A stretch of DNA of 64,000 nt, from contig MU008167.1 in NCBI GenBank assembly GCA_010909165.1, forward strand, positions 1 through 64,000. Reading direction: 5' to 3'. This stretch comes from Anthoceros angustus. Lineage: Eukaryota > Plantae > Anthocerotophyta. Within the stretch, counting starts at the first letter, position 1. Each line of letters opens with the position of its first letter. Under the pieces are notes generated by a model. The model saw nothing but the letters and a program-made list of their open reading frames with translations. It ran no database searches and was not told the origin of the DNA. Below are positions 13,211 to 26,132 of the stretch, in pieces. The position numbers and the translations under genes are program-made.

Positions 13211-13975
13211 AAAAGGGTGAAGGCAATTAAGCCAAGGAAGTAGCTTGAGGTTGCGCATGCTGATAGGCTTGCAGAGGCAAAGGCCTGATTATTGGGGCCA
13301 CCACCAAGTTTGAGGGGAAGGCAAAGTAATTTGCCACATGTGTGGAAGAAGTGAGACATGGGTGTGCTCATATTGCTGAGATTTTGCAAAGAAGGAGGAC
13401 CTGCTAGGTAGAGATGTGTGGCAAGGGTTGTCAGGGAAGATGGGCCAAGTGCCCGTAATGGTGGAATCAGTGATCCGCAGGCTCTAGGTTGGGAGCTCAA
13501 GATGCAGAGAGGAGCAGAATTGGTGCAAGGATGGGAGCGAGGAGCTCATGTTGAGGGTGAGCAGCCACAAGGGTTGCAAGAGGAGGCCATGGCGGTGCCG
13601 AGGCACATGGAAGTGCTCAATGGAGTCACGATGTGAGGATGGCGGTGTTGAACTAGGAAAGGCCGTGGTAGAGCACTCACGCAGTTGAATTTGTAGCCGG
13701 GCTGCAAGATGGAGGTGTGGCCAAACCATAGAAGGCGCGTGTGTGGGCAACATGGTGAAGGGATCACAACGGGTGTGCATCATGACGGCGGAATTTGCAA
13801 AATGCAAGTCAAAGTGAAGGGAGGCCGTTGTGGTGGCCGCGAGGAGAAATGGGTAGCAAGGAGGGTTGATACGAGATGTTGTTGAGGTGTGAGGAGTTCA
13901 CCGGGGAATAAGTGGAGTTTATTCAAGTTGATTGTTGTGCACAAGTCAATTTGGTGTGTTGGACAATGAAGTATA

Positions 13976-14049
13976 AGAACTCCAGAGTTAAGCGTCCTAA
14001 GGGTGGATCAGTAGTGAGATGGGGTGCCTTTTGTGTGAGGTGTTTCAAC
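13976..14049 (+). pseudogene. 5S rRNA-like fragment (A box to C box region)
   Basis: AGAACTCCAGAGTTAAGCGTCCT matches 20 of 23 nt of plant 5S nt 40-62. Ungapped continuation to GATGGGGTGCC gives 37 of 53, counted by hand against the recalled Arabidopsis 5S sequence. Confidence 0.55.
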
Positions 14050-14330
14050 TTATTATATTTGCAAAAGTCACATGAGAGCCCTACGAGGGGTAGGTGTAGG
14101 GTGATAGTTGGCCCTACAAGAATGGAGGGGGCCTACATGGAGAGCCGCATAGGGTGTCAAAAGCTGTAGGGTAGCACGAGGGGTACATAGGATGGCACAT
14201 GATGGCACGAGGGATGGTAGAGGATGGTAGTGGACGAGGGCATGGCACATAGGAGGGGAGTGCACACGGGAGGAGGTGCACCCACGGGAGTGTGAAGGAG
14301 GTCCCCACGAGAGTGTGAAGGAGGTGCACC

Positions 14331-14408
14331 TATGTATGTATGTATGTATGTATGACATGTATGTATGTATGTATGACATGTATGTATGTATGTATGTATG
14401 TATGTATG

Positions 14409-14440
<32 letters not shown>

Positions 14441-14530
14441 TGTATGTAGTATGTATGTATGTATTCATGTATTCATGTATGTATGTATGTAGGCATGTAT
14501 TCATGTATGTATTCATGTATGTATTCATGT
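14331..14530. repeat. (TATG)n microsatellite
   Basis: Direct reading. Confidence 0.95.
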
Positions 14531-14665
14531 AGAACTGCATATAGGTTCACAAGATAGAGGAAGAGGAGAAGGAGGTGCACCCTACGAGGGTAGGTAGATA
14601 GGTAGGATGTAGGTAGCAGGCCCCATTAGTAGGTAGATAGGTAGGATGAGAGTGTCTCACCATAG

Positions 14666-14870
14666 GAAGTGGAGAGGTCTCCCACCGTAGGAAGTGGAGA
14701 GGTCTCCCACCGTAGGAAGTGGAGAGGATTCACGTGCAACTAAGTGGGGGACACTACATGGATGGGAAGCAAGATTTGATAACGCAGTACAAACCTAGGA
14801 AGTAATAATAAAACATAAATATGTGGGGTAGGTAGTAGGAGTGGAGAGGTCTCCCACCGTAGGAAGTGGA
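14666..14870. repeat. 25 bp repeat GGAAGTGGAGAGGTCTCCCACCGTA (about 2.5 tandem copies plus one more at ~14840)
   Basis: Direct reading. Confidence 0.8.
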
Positions 14871-15899
14871 GGAAGAGGAGGAAGAGCTTGAATTGCACTA
14901 AGAGCTTGTGCATGCAAAGGAATGCAAAGGAAAGCTAGGACAAGGACTTGGTGAGAATGCCCATGTGTGTGCAAGGAGAAGGAGGTGTGCATAAGGAGTT
15001 GTGTGAAGGGATTTGAAGCACAATGTGAAGAGGGCAAGGAGCTGAATTTTGCGTGCCTAGGACCTTGCAAGTGAGGGATTTGGGGACGAAGCATGGAGTT
15101 GTGGCATCAAGGTTGAGCTAGGTGGGACCGTGGAGTGAAGAGGAAGTAAGTGGAAAATAAAGGTTGCTCTTGGTGGATTTTGTGTGGCAAGTGAAGGCTC
15201 GCAATTGTGTGTAGAAACCGAGGTGACGACTAGGTAGAAACAAGTGGTGCCCAAGCTTGCTGGCAGCAATTATCTTGAAGGGTGCAAGATGAGGAAAGTT
15301 GCACCTAAGAAGGGCAAGTCAAGGTTAGGGAGCCAGGAGAAGAGGAACTTGAGGAACTGGAGGATAGGGATGCAAGGATCGATCCAGTGTTGGACAGCCC
15401 AACACATCCGATAGTGCCAGGAACGCCAAATTTGGGTCCACTTAGAAGAGGGGCGATGCCTCTTAGTTTTGTTCATATTAGTTAGGTTTTATTTTTCTTT
15501 TTCTTTTCTCACCAATGTAATCGGAAGACAACAAGGAGTGGCAAGTGGAGAAGCAAGGACAGATTTATACCCTCGACTGGGATGAAGGAGGAAAACAGAT
15601 TCAAAACGGGTCCAACGACGAAAGGACGGAGGTCCGGACAGAGGTCCGGGAAAGTTTACGCCGAGAGGAAGGTTCATGGAAGGCCGAACCTCGCCAAGAA
15701 GGAGGGTCAGGTGCTGCCTAGTGGCGGCGGCCAGTCACGCCCGCCGTATAGACATGCAATGGAGTAAAGTCCTTACTCCACCGGAAGACGCGCGCGAGAA
15801 GGGTCGAAGGCCGCAATTTCGGCCGAGCGAGCTTGAGGTGGTGCGCGAGCCGGCTGTGACAAAGCGCTGAAAGGAGGAGGAAGAGGCGCAACAAAGACC

Positions 15900-17120
15900 A
15901 AGGAGGAGCGATGCATGCATATATAGAGAAATCGCCCTGGCGCCGGAGGAAGAAATCAGCGCTGCCCTTGGCCTTGGTTGAGGAATTCCAAACGTCTGAA
16001 GGGAAAGGTCCTGGCCTCTGGACAGGGAAATTTCGTCCTGGCCTTTGGGTGTGGAAAATCCTTCCTCACCCTATATATGTAAGAGGGGAGGCCGAGGTCG
16101 CCAAGAATGAAGAACTGAGGCCAAACTCAAGGAGCCGGAGGGAGGACAGCCATGGAGTAAGGAGCGTGAGGAGCTCATGAAGCAAGCAACGGAGGTCAAT
16201 TAACCAACGGGAAGGAAGAGGTAGCCCACCGGAGGAAAATGATGCATCGCATGTCGGTCGCCGTAAGCAACGCCAGTTGATGCATGGCAGAAGGGATACC
16301 GGAGGCATGGAAGAGAGATGTCACGAGAATGTCACTTTACGCCTGCTTGAGTGAGGTGACGCTGAGAGGGATGCGCTATGGTAAGATAGCCTCGTGGAGA
16401 GTGGCCCGAGGAATTTGATGAGATTTGTTTGAAGGGCCGTGAGAGATGCAGTCCACTTACATGCTAGGGTCAACAAGTTTGCTAAGGAGATGCGCCTTGT
16501 TGACAAGGAAGTTGTTGGGTCCCCACGATGACAGGGAGATTTTGAAGAATTGCACCCCGCCTCGAGATTCGTGGACTTGGAGAGTGAATGGATGCAAGGC
16601 TCAATGTGGGAGGAGCCAATGGAAGAGGAAGAGATTTCCAGCAGGGTAGAGTTGGTGGGGTGTCCGCACAGATGTGAGTGCACCAACACCCAACCGCCTG
16701 AGGTAATTGCGCGGCAGACAGATGGCTATAGAGGCCAAGGCCTACAAGAGCGCCTGCAAGAGGGTGGCGCCACCGCCATCAAGATCACGAGACAGTGTGG
16801 AGGTTCCCGCCAGACGAGTGAAGAGATCCTGGGGACACAAGCCAAGAGGAGGAAGATGGTGGTTGGCCAACACCCAAGAAGAAGTAGGCGATAGTTGGTA
16901 GGGAGTGAATGGGTCATTAAGACCCCTAGGGGTTAGTGGGATTGTTAGGAGGTAGGTTAAGAACCTTTAAGAGGCCACCTACTTAAAACCGTAAGCAACC
17001 CCACCTACCCCACCGACTTAATTAATGCTAGGGTTTGGGGAGCTCCTATAAGAGGGAGGAGCTCATAATAAAATGTCATGCCTTGCCTCCCGGGTGTGCT
17101 TGTCTTGCTACACAAGCGGT
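15900..17120 (+). mobile_element. Fragment of a third, more diverged LTR element (extra-ORF end and LTR-type promoter)
   Basis: RKLLGPHDDREI at ~16510-16540. CTCCTATAAGAGGGAGGAG...TAAAATGTCATGCC at 17043-17082 resembles the TATA block of families A and B. Confidence 0.5.
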
Positions 17121-17400
17121 GACCGTGAGGGTGCATGGTGTTTGGTAGGGTCTTGAGGTGCGGTGACTGTGGTGAGGGCGGGCCCAAACCTTTCTTTCTC
17201 GGAGGTAGCACCGGTAGCGCTCGAGGTGAGGGAGCGCATTGTGGTTGCGTGACGGTGCTGCATCGTGGAAGACTAGCAAGACCCCGCAAAGACGCGGACG
17301 CCAGCCCAAATGTCCGCCTAGGTCCGTGAGGGCAATGCCCTATGATCTCGAGGCGCTGGGAGGCCGAGGCGCCTGAGATAGTTAGCTAGGAAGAGTGGAA

Positions 17401-17610
17401 GAGGTAGATTAGAGAAGAGAGGAGAAGAGAGGAGAGAAAAGAGAGAAAAGAGAAAAGAGAAAAGAGAGAGAGCGAGAGAGTGAGAGCGAGAGGACGAGAG
17501 AGGAGCTAGAGAGGATAGGGAGCAAGAGAGGAGAAGGAAGGAGCAAGAGAGAAAAGAGAAAAGACAAAAGAGAAGAGAGGAGGAAGAAACCTAGAAAAGA
17601 GAGGAAGGTG
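17401..17610. repeat. GA-rich polypurine low-complexity tract
   Basis: Direct reading. Confidence 0.9.
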
Positions 17611-18014
17611 GAATTTCAAGGGTGGACAAGAGCTTGAGGGGCGGCCCCAAATTTGTCATGAGAAGGGTCTTAGGGAGTGTAGGAACTGCTACTGGTGGGA
17701 GGATTGCCCATCAGACGGTGATTTGGGGTCCCCAAGGTCGCCACGCAGACATGGTCCTCTCTGACGAGGTCCGCGCGACGAGTCATCGCGGCGAGGGTAG
17801 TGTGACTTACCGAGGGTGGGTCACCGCGTCCGTAGGAGGGTAGTTAGTCACGGCCACAGACGGGAGCCGAGAGTCGAGAGGTCACTGAGGGCGCACCTCC
17901 ATTCGAAGGGAAAGGGCTCCCCACCCTTCGTGGAACGAAACCCACTGCACGAACCGAACTGATGGGTGTGGCCGCCAGGCCGAGGGTTCCCGGGTCCCCG
18001 GAACCTCCCACCAC

Positions 18015-19483
18015 ATGTATGGAAGGCCGAGAGGATGACTTGGAGGAGGAAGAGGAAGGCATGGAGCAAGATCCGCCACGGGAGACCTTCTTGCAGAGAG
18101 AGTGGAGGCGAGGGGCCATAAGAAGTGACCCCACGTCCGTAGGAGGTGTAGAGGGTGGCCCTACATCCGTAGGATCACCCGGGTGCGACGGCATCTAGAG
18201 GTAATTGAAGAGGGTGGTAGCTTGGAGCGTGGGCTCATTGCTTAGGGGAAGACTTTTCTTTAGGAGGACAGTATTAATGCTTGTCAACCCAAAGAGGGTG
18301 TGTTGACTAGCTGGATAGGAATGTTGATGAGCCATTAAGGCTCACATAGGTAGAATTTGCTAGAATAGAATTTTACCCAAGATGCTTGGATGTCGAACTT
18401 AACCGACCAAGAGGATACACTAAAATAAGGAGTGAGGCTGTGAGGGCGCCTGTGGGAGGTCAGTATGTGAGGACCTCCCTATAAAAGGAGGAGCTTGTGA
18501 AGTAAAATTATCGTGTCTTGCGCCCTACCTCTAGTCCTTTGCTCCTTGTGAAGGAAGTTCGTGCCGCAAGCTAATGTAGCCCGGTAGAGAGGAGTTTCAT
18601 GACCGGAGTGTTTATGGAGAGCTCGCCTTGCGGGCGCCCGCAGTTGCTCCTTGTGAATGGTTGTGGAAATTGCTTTGCTTTGGGTGTGTGGCGATGCCCA
18701 AGGAACTCTCGGCTTGAGGGTAGACTACAGTGAAAGACTCGGAGGTTCTCGTCTGTGCAAACTCATAGCAACCGCCCAAGGAAGAACTTGTTGGCTTGTA
18801 GGCGCACCCTGTGCAGCCAGCCGAAGGGCGAGCTAGGGCAGTGAGCTTGAAGTAAGGTTAGATTAGGAGGATGAGGAGTTGAGTTGAGGTGAGTGTTGAG
18901 GAGAATGTGGAGCTGAATGTTGAGTAGAGGAGTAGGTAGAGATTAGAGTAAGAAGAAGGCCCAAGTCGAGCCTAAGGGAGGGTCCCAAATCGCACCAAAC
19001 CGAGACCGAAGCCGGGCTAAGGTCTCAAAATCACGGGTGGAGAAGTCGCGCTGTAGGGGGTCCCTGTGAGACGGTGGACCTACAGAGGGCGGACCTACGA
19101 CCGTAGGATGTCGCTGTAGGTCCAGGAGTGGTGATTCAGCAGAGGGCGTGGCGCCGCCGAGTTGGTGGTTGAGGATGTGCCAATTGTGGGAAGGCGGCGG
19201 GAAGGAATAGTGGAAGATCACGGGTGGTGAAGTCGCTGCAACGTAGGGGGTCCCACGTGTAGTCGCCGACACCGTCAGAGGGTGTGGACCCACAATGTAG
19301 GGGTGTCACAGAGGCGCAGATTTACGGGCAAAGGCAGCGTGGCTGTCAGAGGGAGCGTGAGAGGCGCCTGCTTGTTTAGAAGGCCGAGGTAGTGTAGTGT
19401 AGGTAGCATCGATTTCAAGATCCGACTGCTCCACAAGTCTCATGGGACGAAACCCAACGACAAACGACAGGGGATAAGTGTGG
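18015..19483 (+). mobile_element. Family A 3' internal end, PPT and LTR (copy 4, LTR 18278-19483, lacking its last ~40 bp)
   Basis: Colinear with 7880-9300; TATA at 18480. Confidence 0.75.
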
Positions 19484-20761
19484 ACGCTATTGCAGTAATG
19501 CCTGATCGCCCACCACAAAGCTACGAGGAGGACGAGGAAGAGATGTGCTTGGAAGATACATACCAAATCCAAGAGGCAACACCAGCCTGGGTACCAAAGA
19601 CTTATACCCTCAAGTTTACGAAACCCACCGGTATGGGTATTCGAATCGATGGTAAGGAACCCGTGATGATGAGTGCCATGTTGTTACAATTGTCGAGGGT
19701 CTCGCATCTTGCCTGGTTGCCCCTCCGCATCTCGCCAGGAATGGTGATTTTGAAAGGTGTGGTGGATTGCAAGCAATCAGTCACGAGGGGCCGCCGCCGC
19801 ATAATCAAGAAACATGTGAGGATTGCTCAACCTCCTACGGCGACCCACCCCCGCAGAAAGCCCGCTGCCGCAATGCAAGTCAAGATGCGCCATGGTCAGA
19901 TGGGAGGATTCCGAGGCTGCACCGAGGAGCCCGGAAGGGTTGGGGATGTGGATAGTGGTATTACGGAACTCGCGGTCGCTCAACGGGAGCGGCGAGAGGA
20001 AGGCGACACCCTAAGAAGGGGAACGGGGAAAAGAGAAAGAAGAACGGAGTGGAGCCCATAACGTCCGCAAGTGAGGAGGAAGGAAGAGGCGCTTCATCAA
20101 AGCGGGAAGGAAGAGAAGTCCAACCACAAAAGGCGACGAGGGACTCGATGGGAAAAGAAAAGGGCATGCGAATCCAAAATGGACGGGAGCAAGGCACGAA
20201 CGCCACACTTAACGCGAGGGTTGCGATTTTGGGGCATGGTGTGTAACTCCCTTAGCACCGAGACCGGATTCGAGGGTGAAGTGCAAAACGAGGACAATGA
20301 CGGCAGGGACTCGAGTCGACACATGGGGCGAAAAACCCGCAAGAGGAAAAAAGGATGAGTCGGCGCTTCGCCGATGTCGGGAAGTTATGGATATGATCCG
20401 ACAAGAATCGAATGACTCGACCATATACCACCATCGACCCACCCACCTACCGCCATCCTGCTTCAACGATCAACATCTCAAGAGCTACCGCGTTGTTGAA
20501 ATGACGGTTGGCAAGGAGAAACAGAAAACAACAAGTGTCCTTTCAATTTGGAAGCTATCATGGACCAAAAGTTCATGATAACATTCGACAGCGTGGACAA
20601 TCACATGTACCGCCAAAGAACTGGGGCATTGAAGGCGGCACAACCCAAGAAGAGACGGAACCTTTCCACCCCAAGGCAAACCCTTGCTGTGAATATGGTG
20701 GCCATGATGGACTGTGGTCCATGAGCTGATAGAAATTGCGGATGTGTAATCAAGAAGGTGC

Positions 20762-21060
20762 CGCTAGATTCCGGGTCGGAGTCAACATCATGACAGAGGA
20801 GACCGCCTAAGCTTGGGTTGCGATAGAACATACATCAAAGGTGTTGGCGGACATGTCCAAAATGGCGCTAGGGGAGTTGACGGAGTCCTAACCCATATTG
20901 GTACCATTCCGCACTCATGGACTACGTGGTCATTAAACAAAAAGCGCTGTGGATATGAGGTTCTCATTGACGAACATGGATGTATGGGGCACGTTGCACC
21001 TTCAAATGGGCAAGAAAGGAAGTGGATTCAAACCGACGGGACCCCAAAATTAAGGAGGAA
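20762..21060 (+). pseudogene. Retrotransposon aspartic protease remnant
   Basis: LDSGS(G)VNIMTE...KLGL and YEVLI..WMYGA across frameshifts. Confidence 0.7.
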
Positions 21061-21639
21061 GGATATGTTTGACTTGGAGCAGAGATACGACGTGTGGGAG
21101 ACACCCACAAACGGAGGGATACACCTCATCAAGATACCTGGGGAGAGGATGAGAAGGAGAAATTCCCATTCGCATATTTCGTGGTCGATGAAGAGGACGA
21201 CACCGGAGAGATATTCCCATTCCATCAACCTATTAGGGTGCTATGGAGTCACAATTGACAACGGTGGTGAGGATCGGACCGAAGGCCGGGACGAGGTCGA
21301 GGAACAGAAGTAGAGGTGGTCGAGCCGGGAGCGACGATCCGACAAACTTCGAGGGTGCGAGGAGGGTGTCTCACGCTTTACCTCGACGACCTATTCCGGA
21401 ATGGGGAATGCGAAGGAGAACCAAGACCGGAGGAAGGGTTCTAATCACATCCGCCGGTGGAAAGAGAGTGGCATGACGATGAGGTCAAGGACGTGGAAGT
21501 GTTGGCAAGGTCCTTAAGTTTTCGAATGATGAATGCACTTGGAAAGGGTATGAAACAAATTGCATGGAATTTATCCATGTTTTTGCTTTTGACGTTATGT
21601 ATATGAAGGGTATACCGAGGGAGTGGGGAGCACAAGATT

Positions 21640-22350
21640 GATCTCGAGGGTGTCGCCAACCGGATACCGCAATACAAGCTAAATCCAAAGTATTCAAGGT
21701 AAAGGAACAATTGGAGCTTTACTTATGCGCGGACGCCATATATCCTATTGTGACATCGGAGTGGGTAGCCCCAATTGTGGTGGTTCCCAAAAGCGTAAGG
21801 GAAGATACGGTCCGCTGTGATTGGAGGAAGTTAAACAAGGTGACCAAAAAGACCACTACCCGCTTCCATTCATAGACAACATACTGGACTTAGTTGCGGA
21901 GAATGGTCTACTCGTTCCTGGATGGGTATTCGGGGTATAATCAGCTGCATCTCAGGGAGAGTGATTGGCCACTGACAGCCTTCACTACAGACTGGGGAAC
22001 CTATGCCTACAAACGGAGTGCGTTCGGATTAACAGGGGCACCAGGATCCTTCATGCGGACAGTTGTCAAGATTTTCAAGGAATACCTTAGGGACTTCATG
22101 GAGGTCTTCCGATGACTTCGCGTGTTTGAGCACAAAGATCACCTCAACCACCTTCGCAAATGTCTCGGTGTCACTGACCCAATTGTGTCTACATCCCGAG
22201 AAATGTTATTTCGCATGCCGAGGGTATTTTGTTGGGGCACCGCATTTGCAGGGGATAGAGGTCGACCCGATAAGGTCAAAATCATCATTTCAAGCCACCT
22301 ACCACAATCAAGGAGCTTAGGGATTCTCGGATGGTAGGCTATTATCAAGG
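21640..22350 (+). pseudogene. Ty3/gypsy reverse transcriptase remnant
   Basis: SEWVAPIVVVPK, DWRKLNKVTK, YPLPFIDNILD, YSFLDGYSGYNQL, TAFTTDWGTY and FGLTGAPGSF. The catalytic DD is frameshifted at ~22110. Confidence 0.92.
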
Positions 22351-22389
22351 TTTGTGAAGAATTTTTCCGTAAGCGCTACGTAATCGCAA

Positions 22390-22810
22390 GGACCGGAGTG
22401 AATGGACGCAAACGAGAGGAGGCCTTCAATGATCTTCGACCACCGATCACAAAGACCCACGCTGGGACCGATCGAGCAAGAAATTCCACGTGTTTGTAGA
22501 CGCCGCCTATGCACCTGCACCATTCTAAGCCAAAGGGATGACAAGAAGCACGATTATCCAATCTATTATGCAGGAGGCAGCTCACTGACGCAGAAGAAGT
22601 ATACCACCACCGAGAGGGAGGCGCTGAGGATGGTGTACTCGGTTCGCAAGTTTCGTCACTATTTGCTATCCCACGAGTTCGTCTTCCATGTGGACCACTT
22701 CGCCTCAAACACCGTAAACAAACCGACTTGTCCGGACGCATAGCAAGATGGATCCTACTCCCGCAAGAATTCACGTTCACGGTGGAGAGAGGAGGAGTAA
22801 ACATGTGAAT
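22390..22810 (+). pseudogene. RNase H remnant
   Basis: YPIYYA...KKYTTTEREALRMVYSVRKFRHYLL.HEFVFHVDH. Confidence 0.9.
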
Positions 22811-23129
22811 GCATTACATTTCGAGGCGAGAACAGAGGAGGTTACACAGACCAAAACGACGATTTTCGATGAAGCTGTTCATGACAGAGTTAGAGGGGAA
22901 GGCACTACCAACCATAAGGCGAGGGTAAATGGTGGCTCGGCAGAAATGAGAAGGGGAGAACGGATACACAAGGCCCACCACGAGGAGATGATGGAATTCG
23001 GAAACGGGAAAATACCACCGGATCTTTCAAACCCCCAAAGCGCTAGGCACTATTCGCGTCCGCTTGTACGACGAAAGACAGACAATCGAGGACCGGATGG
23101 ACGAGTTATGGGTAACAAGGAGCAGTTAT

Positions 23130-23900
23130 CCGAGCCGACGGAGATGCACGAGGGGAAGCGGGGACATTTTGCACATATCACGTGCAAGAAGGTGCTTGAA
23201 ACGGGTATTGGTGGCAAACCATGCATCGATGCTAAGGAGTTTGTTAAACTATGATGCGCCGAGGGTTGGGAAACCGTCCGCAACCACTCAATGGCCAATG
23301 GTTCCGATATTGGCCCTGGCGCCATTTGAGAAATGGGGAATAGATTTCGTTGGTCCCATACGCGTGCAATAGTCTGTGGCCACTAGGATGTATTGGTTTT
23401 GTCGCGTCTTCGTTTTTGGCCCCCCCCTCAGCATGGGAAGAGATTTTCAAGGGGACTCCACTGGCAACAGAGGTGGATGCAACCGAATTGGTGAGGGTGC
23501 GACCTTGCTGGGAGGAAAGTTCTCGATGAGGGATGGCGTCGCGCGGGCCGCCACAACAAGTGGACTTGCAGAATCGACCACGCCGATGATCCGGCCCAAG
23601 CGGTTGGATCAAGCGGCTTTAGCTCTCACCTAGCTGGGTGCAAGGGCGACGGAGGAAGTGGTGAAGGCCAGTTTGACGGGGGGAGGCCAAGCGCAAGCAA
23701 TCGGAGGAAGACAAGGAACCTAGAGGAAATAAGGGCCAAGATTCAAGAAGATTTGTGCAGGCCTGTGAGAGAAGTTGCAAGCCATGACGAGCGAAGCACT
23801 CATGGCTCAAATTAAGGATGCCCACGAGACGAACCAGAGATGCAGTGGGGAGGCTGAGCAGGAGGCGGGCGGCCTCGGTGGAAAAGGCCCATAAGTCATG
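23130..23900 (+). pseudogene. Integrase remnant (domain order PR-RT-RH-INT indicates Ty3/gypsy)
   Basis: GHF..ITCKKVL zinc-finger region and LAPFEKWGIDFVGPI. Confidence 0.85.
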
Positions 23901-25299
23901 AGCGATAACGGAGCGGATGAGGCACGTGGCGGGCGAGAAAAGACAAAGGGAAGGGGAAGCAGGTAACCACGATCGGGGTAGCGGAAGGAACTACCGATCG
24001 AAGGAAGCAGAACCGAGGTAGCCGAAACCTCACCTACCAAGGTTGAACGACGACGGTCATGTGGAGTCCACTACAAGGTAGTTGAAGGCCATCGACATTG
24101 GCGCATCCAACCCAAGGTGCATGGGCGGAGCGGCAGACGCCGACGTGGCGCGCAAGGACATGTGGACTGTGCAACCCACGGAGGAGGGGGTAAGCACCTC
24201 AAGGGGTCCTATTATATTGCGACACATGGATGAGGAAACTTATGTTCCCGGGTCTATATGTGAATGGAGAACGCGCTTAACTTCACCGCCCATGTGCGTG
24301 TGGAAATAGGAGGGACTGTGGCCTACCTCGCAAGTGAGGACCAAGTGCATACTTCTACCACCGCGCCTGAGTGTGGGGTTGGCCCCTATTATGTGGAGGC
24401 GACTTTGGAGGAGTTGAGTGAGGAGGAGGTCCAGCTTGGGTGGACGAGGAACCGTAATAATCCTCAATAAAGTGGCCCCGGAAGATGCGGAAGCTCCAGG
24501 CGAGTACACCTCAAATTCGACGCCCAAAGAAGTTGAGCGTGAGGTGGAAGTAGTGTGGAAACCCGTCCACCAGCGGCAGAGCTCGTGGCGCAATGGAGGA
24601 CGAGGGGCACGCCAAGTCGAGGTAGCGCAGACAGCGAGCGAGGTGATAGCATCCTAAAGATAATTTGGTTAGGTGTCGCATCGACCTAGGATCGCCCGAA
24701 TCGTGGCGCCCTTCATGATAGCCATCTTAAGACCTAAAATCCGGGGCATGGCGCCCAAATGTATAAGAGGGGCAACTTATGTCCCTCACGCAGATAACTC
24801 CCGGTTGAGATCCCCACGTGCTCGTGGGCTGGTTGGAGACGTCCGATTGATGAGGTGATGCGCGAGACGCTCCTAGGGGTGGTCGAGAGCTTGCTCCGCA
24901 ACTGGGGGTGGAGGGGTGATAGAGCAATCTTGCTGACAAGGGAGGAGGAAACCACGGGGTTGGCGCGGGGCGGGACTGGAGCTTGCTCGTAACGCCTGCT
25001 GTGACGCCCGAGGGTTCTTCCTTCCTTCACCTTTGATCCCGGTAGCTTGTGTTCAAATCGAGGGTGTTTGAGTGGATGGTTGGAAGCTGCGAATTGAGGA
25101 AGGAGAGAGAAGAGATCGGGTGAAGGAGAGATCACGTGAGCTGGCGCGATGGTGAGATCGTAAGTGGAAAGAGAAGGAGAGCGAATTGGGACGTTAACAG
25201 TGGAGAGTTGTGTGTGTGTGGTTTGTGAAACTCGAACCGTGCAAGGGCTTGGAAAGTGCACAAGGAAACAACGCCTTTGGTGGAAATCGTGTGGGTGTG

Positions 25300-25326
25300 G
25301 TGTGTGTGTGTGTGTGTGTGTGTGTG
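25300..25326. repeat. (GT)n microsatellite
   Basis: Direct reading. Confidence 0.9.
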
Positions 25327-26132
25327 AGAAGCGGGCGTGAGGTATCCTAGGAACTTTGGTCTCTAGGAATCGGAGTGCGCATGAAGGGTGGAGTGCACAA
25401 CACCGACTGGTGAGCCGCCTGCGAGATCCGGCGCTGCGCGCCAGAGATGAGTTGCTAGGGTTTGGTGTGGGACCCACCTCGGTGGTTGTAGCAACTACCC
25501 GGTAGTGGTGAGAGCCACCGTGGTAGTAGCTCCGTAACGGGGGTCGTGGAACGAGGTTTGCGGGAAGTTAGATCCGTAGTAGGATGGGAGGTAGTCGTAG
25601 TTGAGTAGATAGGTGCGAGAAGCGGGCGGTCCGCCCGTGCTTAGGCAAAGGTTGGTAGTGATAGAAGATAGCGTCTTTTGGCACAAACCATTCCCTTGGG
25701 AGCGAATCCTGTGACTACAACGACATTGAGGGTAAATGTGGACCTCACCGTGTCCCACGACACGGGTCTTCACCCCACAACTCCGAGGTCCTCCCACTAT
25801 AGCGGCCACACTTATCCCACTGCCGCTTCAGACTGGGTTTCGGCCCCATGAGACTTGTGTGAAAGTTCGAGGTCTTGTGATCACCAATCGCCACGCAGAG
25901 ACACAACTTCTCACCTTCTCAACGAGCAAGGCGCCTCTACTCTCCCTCTTAAACTTGCACACCGAAAAAAAATCGCCAATCCTCGACCTACAACGACACA
26001 AAACAATTGGTGTCCCGCCAAGCCGAGGAGCCTATCACGGCGCCTGTGGACCCCGATCCACACCGCGATTTCGTCCCTACTTCTAAGACCACTCTTCTCC
26101 ACTCTGTGGAGCGCTCTTACTTGCATTTGGGA

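Noticed and set aside
14157-14540. 127 aa HTYI-repeat ORF
   Set aside because: It is a translation of the (TATG)n microsatellite.
17761-17790. CTGACGA plus short stem as a hammerhead ribozyme
   Set aside because: No GAAA core follows stem II and no stems I or III were found.
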